Positions 1 through 12,771 of a DNA stretch of 64,000 bases are shown here, in pieces. Within the stretch, counting starts at the first letter, position 1; every line of letters starts with the position of its first letter. The stretch is from Amphiscolops sp. MND2022 (taxonomy: Eukaryota): contig OZ076409.1 in NCBI GenBank assembly GCA_964187785.1, positions 54,624,001-54,688,000 on the forward strand. Direction: 5' to 3'. The position numbers were made by a program, and so were the translations under genes. The notes below the pieces were generated by a model. The model was not told where the DNA came from and did not search any database. It was given only the letters and a program-made list of their open reading frames with translations.

Positions 1-229
1 TACAGCGATCGAACATCTAGCGCAAGAGCGGCTTTTGATAGACTAAACACGGATAGAGAGAAATGAGAATACATACTTGAAGCGAGGAACTCAAATAGAT
101 TGAAAACTAGAATCATCTCATTGAGAAACGTATTCGAGACATCGTTACTGACTAAAACTGCCAATTTCCTCAACTATAAATATTCGGTACCCAATACTTG
201 AAGTAATACCAAATCTTTCATGTTTCAAC

Positions 230-1110
230 CGATTTCCCTGCACAATGTAGGAGGCTGATTCAAAATCTCAATTCAAACAAACCACTTAGTCGCTCCAACA
301 ATCCTGCCTGGGCACTAAAAGACAGTCTAAACATCATCGGTGAACCACTAACTTTCCTAATGAATGTTTCCTGCTTGATGGTAGATTTCCTTTTATCCGC
401 TGAACATTATGGAATGTTGCATCGGGACGATTTATAATTTTAAAGATTTCTCTCTTGAAATAGCATGCTTAACAAGTCTCGACGCATTGGTCATCAGTCA
501 CTTACACTATCCGGCGATATTACGAAACGGGATCTCCCAAAATTTATCTTCTCCTTCGAAAATCTATTAGGTTGGGAGTATTAAAGCTTGCTGCAACAGG
601 AACAGACAAGATTCTTCCAGCGACCTGAAACTCATACACGAGGACCTGCAATCAAATTATTTCTTGACTGCAGAGCGGCCCCTCATTTATGGAACCATCA
701 GAATCATTTTATTCCTGCATTCAATGGGTTCACAGTCAAAACTAAATTTCTCGAAAGAACAAACAATATTTTTTGACGCAAATGCCACAACCATTTTTTT
801 ACGAAACTGTTTTCTGAAAAGAGCGGTTGTCCTGTGGAACATCATATCAGAATCCATATCGAAAAAAACCTCCGTTTTAATTGATTCTTTAGTATATTGT
901 AGTCATAGTTTTAAATGATTGTTTTGTGCTTGTTATTTCTCTACTCTAATTTCTTTAGTTATTTTGTTTTATACCGAAGCAACTTTACACTACCATTTTT
1001 TATGAGTGAAAATGTTCGGTTATTTTTTTTAATCCGGAATTTTAGTGTTATTTTGTATTTTACAGGAAAGTCGATTTCTCATCAAAAATCTGAACAGGGA
1101 GTTATTTATT
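230..1110 (+). pseudogene. Decayed non-LTR retrotransposon (LINE, L2/CR1-like) ORF2 fragments with the RT core missing
   Basis: Frame-hopping translation gives LNSNKPL..PAWALKDSLNIIGEPLTFL (pre-RT region) and FLRNCFLKRAVVLWN (typical LINE ORF2 C-terminus). Many stops and frameshifts. Confidence 0.6.
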
Positions 1111-2299
1111 AGACAAACAACGACCTCAAAAGTTTGAAAATATCATAGAACGATTGTTTTAATCCTCCTACCATGTCGTCTTAGAAGATTGAAGATATAG
1201 ATAATAGCTCTACAAAAATTATTGAACAATTAATGTTACCAGTAGCTCTTTTTTTCTAAAACTGGAAGCGTCTTGCAAACCAAGACAGCGCGTCATAGTT
1301 TTAGACACTAACTTTTTATTTAATATTTTCAGAAATTTTTTAAAGAAATATATTCACACTTTTTCATCGAAATTCCTTTTCCACTCTTTTTCCGAAGTTT
1401 CCTGAATTTTCCTCTTCAGTTTTAATTTTTCTTCTTTTTTTTGTTGAAAATTATTCGAACGATATGCAAGTTACTATAATAAACGATGGACAAATTTTGT
1501 AATTTGGAATTTAAGAAAGCCAATAAATTCGACAATCTGAAAATTGTGAAACTATGACAAAACCTTTCATAACTATTACAAAAAAGGGAATGGCTTTTTA
1601 CCATTATCAGAGAAAAAATCGCAATTAAGAAGCATCTGATAAGTATATGAACAATGAAAGCAGACATTTTGAGAGTGAAATTCGTTAACTGAAAGAAAGT
1701 TTTTCGCCTCGGCCAGTAAAAACTCCTAACAAGCCCAAATTTATGGAGGGTTTGTAGGAATCTCTATGAAGTAGTAGTCAGAAAGTCAACCAATTACTAT
1801 CTAACATTTTTTCTCTTTTCATAAAGTTACTAGTTAAATTTGAGACACTAACTGAAAAAAAACAACTATGAATCAGGCAAATAAACATTAAGTGTACAGC
1901 AATACAGAACGAACTACAAACCACCACCAACTGATGCAACAACTGGATGGTGACAAACTGGAAGTATCATTGTTTCAATGATAAACTCCTAGAGAAATAT
2001 AAGAAAAATACCGTATTTGACATCAATCAGTGGTAAACATTCAGATTGAAGACCAAAACTTTTTCTATGGTGTATTTTGGCACATTTAAATCATGTCGAG
2101 GTTCATAGATACACAGTGGTAGTTATTCAATGCTTTCCGATGACCAGAACGAACAAAGTTGAAACGTGGACTAAAATTTGGAAAACGAAATCTAGTATGA
2201 TATATAAGTGTTTTTAAACTGGCGAGAGTACTAACCCACTCTAAATAAACGAAAACTATGATCATCACAATTAGATCATCTGTTGTATGAAAATATTTA

Positions 2300-2540
2300 C
2301 TGCCTACAAACAAAAATACGCCTTATTATACTTCGAACACGTGAAGTTGCACGATGCGTCACTCTTGTAGAAATTATTTGAAGTCCTTGTCTAAACAAAA
2401 AATCTATATAATTACTAAGGACGATGCATCCATCAACAATCCACAACAATTGCCTATTGTTGGAAAGATGATTTGAAACATGAACATTATTATATGAAAA
2501 AGTTGGGTCATTCAAAGTTTATGCTGATTTTGAATGTCTT
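2300..2540 (+). pseudogene. Old Polinton-type protein-primed PolB relic, part 1 (exonuclease I region)
   Basis: ttcaaagtttatgctgattttgaatgtctt at 2511-2540 translates to FKVYADFECL, the YADFE motif of Polinton pPolB. Confidence 0.6.
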
Positions 2541-2668
2541 GCTCAAAGATGTCCATTGAAAAAATGCAATTAAATTGCATCCGGCATGTCATTTTTTATT
2601 CTTGCTGACCTAGAAAAAATAAAATTATTGCAATAATATAAATTATTGACCATCATGATAGAACAATA

Positions 2669-3300
2669 TCATAAAGAGTTTAAGCACTGTGCTAAAGAAG
2701 ATACATCCCAGTAAATTCTGTTCATTAAAAAAATTGACTCTCCAAGTTTACAGGTGTAAGGACTTTCCTCCTCAGGTTCAGACAGATTTTGGTGAGAATG
2801 AAAGTTCCTGTTCGTTAAGTTATTCTCGTTTGGGCTGCACAAAACATTTTCTGAATTATGGGGTCTCCTAGACATTCCAGGTACACTTCCTAACTGTCTA
2901 GCCAAGACCGTCTCTACAACGTCCTGCATTTGGGGAATGATTCTTTCTGATATGGCAGTATTAATTGCACTTTCTATCTGTGAATTTTCCCCGTTCAGGA
3001 AATACTTATCTCTTGCGAGATCCTCAGGTTCATTTCTTCTCCTGTCAGTGTTTCCATGTCTCTTGAAAAGTCTCGATTATCCCTATTTTCAGGCATGTTT
3101 CTAATCTCAGTTTTTTGAAAAGTGTTTCCTCTCAAGGAGCCAATATCGCTATTATCTTCCCTATCAAGCGTGTTTAAAAAACCTGTCATTTGATCTATTT
3201 CTCTCTCATTCGGGTTATACTCACCATTACACAACAAGATGTCCATATTTTCCCAGTATGAAATTATGTCAGCTTCTCTTGATCCTCTAGCTTTTGTTTT
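2669..3300 (-). pseudogene. Fragment of Gypsy gag N-terminal region related to the element at 56053
   Basis: RKQKARGSREADIISYWENMDILL..LNLRISQE-like sequence resembles RKQEKARKSRVTEMLSDIENLDIML at 56100-56200. Confidence 0.55.
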
Positions 3301-3695
3301 CTTAATGAATTAATTCAATCAAAGGTACATGTTATTTACGTTGCAAGCGTATGGCAGTACAAAAGGCTGCATGACATGTTTAAGGTGAACAATTTCACAG
3401 TTTGTAGGGTTTCTTTGGCGTACTGAGAGGAGCGGCAGGTTGGAAGGTGTGGCGTTCGTCACTATCGCCCCCTGGGGGACTGCGTAGACGTTGCCATCAC
3501 AGGCGGCCGCATGCGACAACAAGAGTTACTTTTTCTGTTATCTGTGTAATGACACTTCTGTAATCTATGTAAAAGACACTTCTCACAATGATGAATATTC
3601 CTATTGGGTGACAAAGTTGGCACGCGTTTGTGTGACTTCACAATTAGTGCAATTAATCTGTCTTTCGATTGTCAATTCTTATTTATTCGAATACT

Positions 3696-4080
3696 AGCAA
3701 GCCGGGAACGCTCTTTTGTGAATTGGGGACCCTCTTTTGAAACAAAAATGAAAAAGTCTCACAATGCCGAGAAAAACTGAAAGGGGACAACATCCATTCT
3801 GTCGGAAAATATCAGAAAATTGAAGGGATTGGTAAAAAATTTGTTTTTTTCGAAAAAAGTTTCACAGAGCTAAAAATACTCTAAGGGAGTACCCTTTGGC
3901 CCCATTGAGTTTCTTAGATGATATAAAAATACTACTTCGTAAGCTAAGTAAGAATTGTATAAATTGTAAGGTTGTAAGAATTGTAAGAAAAGTGGACCAT
4001 TCAGAGTTGGGTTGTAGGCTGAAAAAAACTACCCACTGTAATAGTCGGGCTTTTTTCCTTAAGAGAAAAGGCGCCGACTA
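3696..4080 (+). mobile_element. Short non-autonomous element, Helentron-associated (HINE/DINE-1-like) family, degenerate copy
   Basis: Starts (A)GCAAGCCGGGAACG and ends TAGTCGGGC...GGCGCCGACTA in an A-run. Same termini as the copies at 19360 and 47526. Confidence 0.6.
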
Positions 4081-4259
4081 AAAAAAATTATTGGTTATAG
4101 TTTAATTGCAAATATTTTCTGTCAATTATTTATTTTAAACCCTTGGTCTTGATCAGCCAACAAAAAAGAAATAAATCGCTGAAATAAAAACGAATCTTGG
4201 TTGCATTTTGTTAAACCACACCATTGGGTTCTTACATTTTTGTCCTGTTTTGGTTAAAA

Positions 4260-5480
4260 CCCAGTAGCATGGTTTGTTAAACAAATGTTATATTTAGAAA
4301 AACTGGCAGCGAAGAAATTCCTAAACAGAGTTCCCCTCATAATAACAAAAGAAAAAGTTTTTCAAGTTGCTGAAAAATGTTGATTGTGCGACTGGAAAAT
4401 GTAGAGGGGCAACTAATAAAAAAAATGTAATTTCACAATTTCTCTGCTATGATTTCCGCCTAGTTTTCGAAAAACTTCTCACGCAAGCTTATCAACCCAA
4501 TCTTATACGAAACATTATTCCAAAGTCAATAAAAACGATATTCCAGTACAAACAGGTTGATTAAGGCGTTCAGATTTATTCCTATTCCTAAGTTCGAATT
4601 TACAAAGCAATTGAAGTCTTCGAAAAAATGTCCGCGTCTAAACTAAAAGAATCGTTTTGGAGCCTAACCAAATCAGTCAATCTTGAATCAACGATTTTCG
4701 CATGAGGTGTGAAGAAGATAGACATAACTTACACAAGAAACCAAAACTATAATATCAAAACAAATACAATAATTCAGACGAACACACCAAACTACTTTAT
4801 TTGAAGGATATGAAGTGAGTCAACTTCCAACAGGTGATTTCGAAGCGTCAAATTTTTCACTTTCTAGCTCTGGAGTATACTTATAACTTATAAGTATAAG
4901 AATACATATTTGCCACAACTGATGATTGCTAGTTTGGTATTTGTAGAAATTGATTTAGATGAAATCCAGGGAAAAAAGTAGAAACTTTGTTTTGTTCACA
5001 TCGAAAAAAAGCCGATCGTGAACACTTTAGAGTAATAGAACTCGAATTCCCCCTCAGAGTACCCGCAAATGTACCAAATTAAGTTGCAATATCCACAGCA
5101 AAATTAATTTGTGATCAAACAACTAAAATCAAATGAAATACATTGACCTCTTACATCGTGAAAAATAAAAATCCCTCCATTTATAGATTCAAACAGTCAC
5201 TTTAATTACAGCTGTATGCAGATCATAATACTCAGAAGAGAAAAAACGCTGAAACAAATTTTGAAAATGATCTCTATAAACTATCGAACAAAGCCTCCTT
5301 CCGTAAAACAATGATAAATGTAAGAGATTGTGTTTACTTGGTAAATCATGTTTCAAATCATTCATTACTTCAATGTTTAGAGATACAATGTCAATCATAC
5401 AGTTCAATGTTTAGAGATACAAAAAAAAACAATTTTCGGATGAACCAATCTGATTAGGCTTTCTCTTTTAAAAATTCCAA
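4260..5480 (+). pseudogene. Old Polinton-type pPolB relic, part 2
   Basis: Fragments WFVKQMLYLEK, TGKCRGA, FHNFS-YD-like, IIPKS, LPTGDFE, KLICDQT and RKTMINVRD occur in pPolB order. Heavily frameshifted. Confidence 0.6.
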
Positions 5481-8436
5481 AGTTGTTACTGTACTATCAA
5501 TTATGAACTGAAAAACTATATTCTTCAGTGAGTAGGATAAATAAAAGTGAGTAGGACTCGATCCATCTGAAGAAGTGATACATATGGAAAATGAAGAAGT
5601 GATAGGAACTTTAGCTCTTTTGACATTGAATAGTTTCTTAACTTAAATTTCTTAAATTTTATTGCATCATTTTTCAAAAATCCAACATTTATTTATTTAT
5701 ATAAAACAAGTTGAACTTTTAGATCAAATGTCCATCAATTATTTGTTCAGAAACAAGGTGAACTAGTTCTAAATGACTCATGTTGATAACTCCCTGCGAA
5801 TCTGTACAGATCTGTACAGATCCTGACAGATAACCCAGGATTTGTCAAAGAGTAACCATATGACAATAAGCAATAAATTCCCAGCGATCGAAGACATGGT
5901 ACGCTTGCCAAGAACCATGGTAAATCGTTAGCTAGCCTTGCCAAGATCTTACAATGATCTTACCAAGATCTTGCCAAAGATACCATGATTATGCCAGATC
6001 GTGTCAAGCGAACCATGTTTTACCATGATATTGGTAAGGCTGCCAAGACTAACCATGCCCTTCACAAGGGTTCCATGGTAGCAAATCCGTTGTTTTGGTA
6101 ACTCCTATTTTCTAGTTCTATTTATTTGTATTGCACCAGTTTCTATTGAATTTTCAAACTTCAGTAATTTCAACACGTTACCTCAATAGATGAGGTATCA
6201 GCAAGTTTAACAAATCATAGCTAAAAAATTAGTTTTCACACCGATATCGCAAACCCGCATGTTGCAATAACTTGATTCGGAGTTTGCTTTGTGTGATAAA
6301 TTATAATAGTCGTAAAATTATAATAGTGTCGTAAAGTGGTTTTGAAAAGAATTTGTTGTAAATTTAGTTCAATTTAGGTTCTTGGTTTTAAGATAATATT
6401 GTCCGTACAATACAGTATATAAAAATCAAAGTAGTAGTTGACACCAGTTAAAATACAAGTCTTTTATGTGGGAGTTTATTTGCGTTCTTTCACCAGGTAT
6501 CGGTAACGCGTATTGAAGTTTCCATTTTTCGGTGTTATATAATGAGCCTCGGAACCAATGAAATTAGAGTAGCTTCTTCGGTAGCGAACAGTAGTTGTTT
6601 TCCGAAAAACAACAAGTGACAATGACGTCATCACATCCATTTTTTTAGATGACTCATTCAAATCCTGCTTGGTACTTCTGGGTTTGTGTTTGTACTCGTT
6701 TCCGTCTATTATTGGTTATTGCGGTATGTTCTTCGATTAGCACCGCAATCAAGCTATCAGCGTTACTAGTCTTCGGGGTGACTGGATCTTGAAAAGCATC
6801 ATGTCCAATGTTTGGCTGAGGTTCCACTACGTCTGATGATGGTAGTGATGCGACTTGTCTGTCACTAGCCAAAATTGTTCGGTTGTTGCCATGAAGCCAA
6901 GTTGTCTTTTCTGGATTATGTAAGTCAATGCTTTCGACTCATGGTTTTAAGTGGATTTGTATAGCACCTTTTCCCTAACTTCTTAAAATCCAACAACAGG
7001 GTTTCTCAAGTTTTTTACAGGAATGATTTGGCAGGAGTGTCACCAGCATTTGAAGAATTTCAATGACTCAACAAAACTTTATTAATATAGGTAGTCAGGT
7101 AAAAACCATGTCTTTATTGTAAAATTTCATTCTTCGTTTCAATGTTTGAACAACGTTTTCGGCCAGTCCATTGCTTCTCGGAGAATACAAAGGTGTGTCA
7201 ATCTTTTTGCATCCTTGTGCGGCCAACGAGTTTTTCAGTTCCTTGGATACAAACTTTTTTCCGTTATCGGACACAACCATATATGGTTATATGTTCCAAA
7301 CCGCGATAAGATTGTTAGGAGGAATCTGACCTCATTCCACCTTGATCGGTCCGTGCACGGGTGAAAGTTTCCAGCCAACGGACCCAGTATAGGCATTGAT
7401 CAGAACGTTACCGCGATCTGCTTCAGAAAGCCAGTCCAATTGCCGTCTTTCCCATGGAGCGCATTCTTCCCATTTGTCGGTTGAATCAAACAGTCTCTGT
7501 CAGTGTTTGCTGCATTCGTGACAGTTTTTGACGAATTGTGCGATATCGTATCCATAAACGGCGACCAAGCATTATATTTCACCAAGTTTTTCATAGCATT
7601 GATTCCTTGATGGACGTCGTGAAATTTTTCAATCACTTGTTCTCGGCATGTAAATGGTATAAAAACTCCCGATCCATTTTATCAAATCATTTTGAACTGC
7701 CAGGGAATTTGGAACATTTTAAAAAAGTTTCTCCAATTTAGTACATTTTTTCCGATTACCAGTGCGGAATCTGTTCATCATCCGTTTTGGGAAATCATTG
7801 GATTTCATCTCTTTCCGTAATTTCTCGGCATCAATCACGGGTGTCTTGATTGTAGCCTTTTCTAATCGCAACTAAATCGTCTTCATTGTCTCTGACATTG
7901 CATCAACACAGCCAATAATTTGACCAGGAGTGTATTGTACATCATAGTCATAGTCCATCAAGGTTATTGTCTAACGTGCAAGTCTCGCTGATACTTTCGG
8001 TATCTTATTGCTTTGAATGAAGATATATTGAGGTGCTTGTGATGGGTTCTCAGAGTGAACTTCCTCCCCTATAAAAATTGTCGAAGTCGTGTCACTACGA
8101 ATACTACAGCAAGCGCTTCCTGTTAAATGTTGCTGTATTCCTGTTCTCCGTTGTCAAGTGACTGAATATGTAGATAACTGGGTGATCATTTTGCGTTGAT
8201 ACAAGACCAAAGGTTTTTTTCGAATGCATCCGTTCTGAGAGTCACTTCTTTGTTCAATGTATACGGTTGTACCAATTGTTCAGTTGCCACCTCATCTACC
8301 AGTGATTGGAATGCTCTTCGACATTCATTGGTCCATTAGAAAGGTTTATTTTTCTGCCGGATTCCATTGATGCACCTCGTTTTGGCTGCATAGCTTGGAA
8401 TCATTTGTCCAAAGTAGTTGATAAGTCCGATGAAAG

Positions 8437-9290
8437 TGTAACGGCTGCTTGATCCCTTCAATTGACCAAACTTTACGCCGCCCTGAATTCGGTGCTCGGC
8501 ACTGCGGATCGTTACCGAACACTGCTTGCTTCTTAGATTAAAAGAACTGTATCTTGACTTAGTAGGATCCAATGTTCCCGAATTGCACTTCTTCCTTGTC
8601 TCTTAACACGTCCAACTCTCCAAAAGTTGAGAGTAACTAACTTAGTCGCCCAAAGTCTTTGGCGAAAAGTCGAAAAGAGGTGAAGAAATGAATTGAGAAT
8701 ATGTGTGGTCCTGAGACCCGACTTTAATGCAGCTTTCCAATCAATTTGTGCCTAACTAGTTATGGTATACATATCGTTTACAATTCTTCGATAAATAAAA
8801 GTCAAAATATGAAGTATAAATAAATGACATTTAGGTGAATTATTAAAGTTAGTGACTATGTAAACAAACCATAGTGTTGGTATAGCATGTTGGTTAGGTG
8901 GGCTCTAAAGCATGTTTACACAATGTAAATATCACTAATTTCAACAGAGTTACATTCTAATGAGGTCATGGAGGTAAATTACAAAGTTTACATTTTTGGT
9001 TCAATGACCTTGAACCCCACACATGTGAGGGGGAAAGGGGGTTATAATGGGTGAATGACCTTGAAACTTGGCTGGTAGGCTCGTGTTAGATACTTGCACA
9101 TGTGTGCCAAGTTTCATAGCTCTATGACTAAGAGTCTTCGAGAAAACCTATTTGGGGGGGGGGTTTTGACGAAAATTGACGATCGAATTTTCTTCAAGTT
9201 TTCATCTAAGTTTCTTAGAGTTTAAGTCTTGTTTCTCAATCAGCATGTTCTGAATCAAGTTTCTTTGCCTGCTGATGACTGGCGCCAACA
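8437..9290 (-). repeat. 3' LTR of BEL/Pao-like element
   Basis: Direct repeat of 13686-14525 with an extra 14-nt G/T run near 9153-9166. Confidence 0.95.
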
Positions 9291-10153
9291 TTGCCGGCCC
9301 TGTTTTTCTCCCGAAAAACACTTTCATAGAACAAGGGTGCCAGTCCCACAACTGGTCTTTTGAGTTTGCAATCAATTGTCGTTGTCTTGCGGAGATCTCC
9401 AGATTCATAGTCATGTTTCCCAGTTGTTAACTGTGTTCTTTCTGTACTGCAATGCTTCGCCAGCTCATAATCCCGTTCACTGACCATAAGGTAGTTTTCG
9501 ACAAGTTCACATAATACAACCAAGTGTTTCAAAAAACTGTCCTTTCATTTGAAGTGATAGTTTTCCCAATTATCCCAAACTTGATCGTCAATGTCCGACA
9601 TTCATTGAGTTCAACCAATTCCTTTTCTCGTGAACTTTTAACAGGTATGATACAAAATTGCTTCAGTACATTTAACTCGACTTCCATAATTACATCAACA
9701 TCCCAAAGAATAGATTTCCAGATAACTCGAAAATGTCTCCAGACAGTTTCCCAAGATTTGCTCTGCTACATATTTCCTCATCAAAGTTGACTGACCGCGG
9801 GAAAGATATGTCAAATAGAGTTCGTTCTCTAATCGTTCCATACTCAAGCTTTCAAGTTGGCATTCGGAAGAGATTATTGAATCATCCATCATCATCACCA
9901 ATAGATAAAGAGAATTTCCAACATTACAGCGACTGGAGTTTTTTCTTTTGTGTTCAATGCTCTCTTTGCATCCAATAGGAGGGAATTTGTGTTGTAAACT
10001 CAGTCGCAGCGCTGCATTTTGCTCTTTGCTTACAGACACGTCGTTTTTCGTAGCTACATCCGAGTTTTCTCCAAATAACTGCATTGCCGGCGAGTTTTGC
10101 TTCCGCTTCTGTTTGTAGAGATTCACTGTGCTTCTCTCACCACAAAACTTCAA
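9236..10153 (-). pseudogene. 3' coding segment of BEL-like element ending in the integrase-tail peptide
   Basis: ORFs 9695-10153 and 9236-9532 share a frame. The latter contains CKLKRPVVGLAPLFYESVFREKNRAGNV. Confidence 0.55.
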
Positions 10154-11013
10154 TTTTTATCATCTGGGTTTCTTACATTCTCCCATAGATAATGAGAAAC
10201 TTCCAATTTACCAAAAGACCCATACTGAGTCCACATTGTCTTGAAAAGTGCAGCCGGCCCGTTGCAAGACCCGTTGCTCCAACTTGCTGTGGTTGGTACT
10301 TTCAAGGAACATATTTGCATTCTTGACACTGATGAGTTGTTTCTGAACTCACGTAGCCAAAGTGTGTCATCTTGTGGTGTTCCATTCACGTTCAACTGAG
10401 CTCCTTCCGCCATTCCATGAATCATGATTGAGAGAGGTTCAATCTTCCAAGTTCTTTTCTTCGGTCGCTTGCGGTGGCCTTTGCTCAATTGTGTTTTGTC
10501 AATGTCGTTAGCCTGTGACACTGTGTCCATTCCAGAGTTTCCATTACCAGTCCAATGTTTCCATACATTTTTATGACTCGGGATAGTTTCTTCAACAAGG
10601 TTTACTTCGAAGTCAAAGTCAGATTTCCTTTCGAAGGTTGCATTCATGGGTTGTTTATCATCTCTGGCATTGCCTTCCACGGGTTTGTCGTGCTTCACTG
10701 CACCGTGGCATAGCTTTCGATGCATGGCTTCTTCTTTCAAGTTTTCATGCAGTGCAAATTGTTGCTCATTCACAAAACCATAACTTTTGTTCAATTCAAG
10801 ATATTTGTTTCCTTCTTCAAGGAGTAGAGTAACGGCATAGAACATCGTCACTTGGAATCGTTTCCCTTGCTGTACTTTTTGTAGTACTATGGACACTTCT
10901 GCCATCTCTTGCAGCAGTTTCAATTGCACACTCAATTCTTCCAAAGTTTCCCTGTTCGATGCGAAGGCTAAGCTTCGATGCTCTTTCCTTGTTTCCGTCA
11001 TTGGGTAATCCAA
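10150..11013 (-). CDS. Uncharacterised 287-aa ORF, in frame with the upstream 584-aa ORF across one TAA
   Basis: ORF track; same frame as 11017-12771. No catalytic motifs recognised. Confidence 0.5.
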   Translation of the reverse strand: MDYPMTETRKEHRSLAFASNRETLEELSVQLKLLQEMAEVSIVLQKVQQGKRFQVTMFYAVTLLLEEGNKYLELNKSYGFVNEQQFALHENLKEEAMHRKLCHGAVKHDKPVEGNARDDKQPMNATFERKSDFDFEVNLVEETIPSHKNVWKHWTGNGNSGMDTVSQANDIDKTQLSKGHRKRPKKRTWKIEPLSIMIHGMAEGAQLNVNGTPQDDTLWLREFRNNSSVSRMQICSLKVPTTASWSNGSCNGPAALFKTMWTQYGSFGKLEVSHYLWENVRNPDDKN

Positions 11014-11016
11014 GTT

Positions 11017-12771
11017 TTACTCTGTTTGCACAATCAAGTGCTTGCTCATGACCAAGTGAGTATCTTCTTCCAAACCTTGCTCTGTATCCATGAGGAGGGT
11101 TTCTGATCGGAAGTCTTGCCAGCCATTGTCTACAACGAACGTTTCCGGCCAGTTCCACACCCATTCTGCGATTAGATTTTCAGAGAATCCTTTGTTTGCA
11201 TTGTTTTCAACAATTGTCACAATTGAGTCTTCTTGTGCTTCACATTTGATAGTTTTGTCTTGCAACTTTCCATGGTTTGGACACTTGTCTGAACACTTCA
11301 TCTGGTCAGGTTTCCAATTTTTCATTGTACACTTTCCTTTTGTTGTCCAGTCAAGAGTTTTGAGCAAAAGCATTTCTTCTTGCTTGCCCAAAAGTTCGTC
11401 TTTTCTTTTCAACGATTCATGGCGACCACTTGAACTTTCTTTGCTCGAAGTATGCCTTGGTTGAGTTTGCTTTACAATTGTCAGAGTTGAACTACTTTCA
11501 ACGCTTTCACGGTTCGAGCGCCAAGGTGATCCAACAATGCTCTTTGAATCAATTCGCCCAAAACAGGGCTCTTTGTTGTTTCTCAGGTGTGACTCCTTGT
11601 CCGTCACTTTGTGTCTGTCTTGCCAGGAGTGAGCGTTTTGCTCACGCAGTTCATGTCCTGTAGCAGGATTTGTTGAGGTCGAGATTGCCTTGAAGGTCCG
11701 ATAACATTCCTGCGGACCTTTGCATGGTTGCAACTGCTTTGTCACTTTCTGTGATTGTGTCGGTCTCAGCCGAGTTCCATTTCGCGCTAATTCTTTTTCT
11801 TGGTTGGCAACTTGTTTAGTCCTCGCGCTTTCTTCTTCGAGCCTAGAAATTTCGTGTTTTTCTGTGAGGGTATCAATTTCATTTTGCTTCTTTCGCATTT
11901 CGGCTTTGCGTCGTCCGGCAGCTAGCTGTTCATCAATTTCATCTTGTTTCTTCATTGCTTCCAGTTCTAGAAGAATTATTCGTTTTGCATTTGATGACTT
12001 AGAACTAGCTGTTGTTCGGTTGCTCTTTGAGGTTGCTTTGACTGACCAGTTGTTGCTTTGTTCGTGTAACACTTTCACATCACTGGTTGATTTAGTCACA
12101 TCAGAGGTGTCGGATGCTCCATCAACCTGTCGTTCTTCATCAGTTACCCTGCTTGACTGTGCCAGTGATTTATTTTCACTAGTTGCTTCTACTAAGCAAT
12201 TTTGTTTCGTTGGATCGAAGCTACTTTGCTTGAGCTTCCTTGTGTAAGGGCATCTCATTGCCGCGTTTGTAGAGATTTCACTTGCCATTTGCCGAATTTT
12301 CGTTTTGCTTGTCTCGTCTTTTGGACCCTTCAACATTGTCTTTACATCAGGGAACCAATATCCCCAATTGGCTTCTAATTGTGCAAAGAGTGCTTTCCAT
12401 TCAGTCACACTTCGACTGAGCTGTCTTTTCTTTTCTTTATTTGTAAGGTCCAACATAAGATCTACGTTATGCAACATTGCTTGTTTGTTTTCGCAATATT
12501 CGAATACCCAATCATTCATTTTACCTTTGCAAAGACTAGCGCATTGCTCGTCAAGCTTGTCATCCAAGTCTTTAATCAGAGTCCGTAGTCGTCCAATTTG
12601 GGTGGCCACAGTGTCCACACTAAAGCGCCACACATACCAATCTGAATCATTTTCCAAATCTCTTGATCTGAGTTCCATCAGTTCTTGACTCTGCTTTGTG
12701 TTTTTTCTATCGAATACAGTTGTCATTCGAGGATGCTGCACTTCGAACATTTCTTTCTTTCTGGCTTTCAT
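11017..12771 (-). CDS. 584-aa Gag-like coiled-coil protein of the BEL/Pao-like element
   Basis: Long open frame downstream of the PBS. Ser-rich stretch followed by a charged helix (SSKSSNAKRIILLELEAMKKQDE) as in BEL Gag N-termini. Confidence 0.6.
   Translation of the reverse strand: MKARKKEMFEVQHPRMTTVFDRKNTKQSQELMELRSRDLENDSDWYVWRFSVDTVATQIGRLRTLIKDLDDKLDEQCASLCKGKMNDWVFEYCENKQAMLHNVDLMLDLTNKEKKRQLSRSVTEWKALFAQLEANWGYWFPDVKTMLKGPKDETSKTKIRQMASEISTNAAMRCPYTRKLKQSSFDPTKQNCLVEATSENKSLAQSSRVTDEERQVDGASDTSDVTKSTSDVKVLHEQSNNWSVKATSKSNRTTASSKSSNAKRIILLELEAMKKQDEIDEQLAAGRRKAEMRKKQNEIDTLTEKHEISRLEEESARTKQVANQEKELARNGTRLRPTQSQKVTKQLQPCKGPQECYRTFKAISTSTNPATGHELREQNAHSWQDRHKVTDKESHLRNNKEPCFGRIDSKSIVGSPWRSNRESVESSSTLTIVKQTQPRHTSSKESSSGRHESLKRKDELLGKQEEMLLLKTLDWTTKGKCTMKNWKPDQMKCSDKCPNHGKLQDKTIKCEAQEDSIVTIVENNANKGFSENLIAEWVWNWPETFVVDNGWQDFRSETLLMDTEQGLEEDTHLVMSKHLIVQTE

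Noticed and set aside
3319..3522. Candidate exon 4 of the PAN-GON gene (HAAACDG..PQG)
   Set aside because: An in-frame TAA lies between the nearby AG acceptors and this frame, and the sequence matches a dispersed motif at 54731 and 54944.
9153..9166. G-run insertion in one LTR as a functional G-quadruplex
   Set aside because: A single homopolymer tract in one LTR only; slippage or sequencing error is more likely.
11090..12688. Plus-strand ORFs of 124, 175 and 127 aa
   Set aside because: Antisense shadows of the 584-aa ORF.
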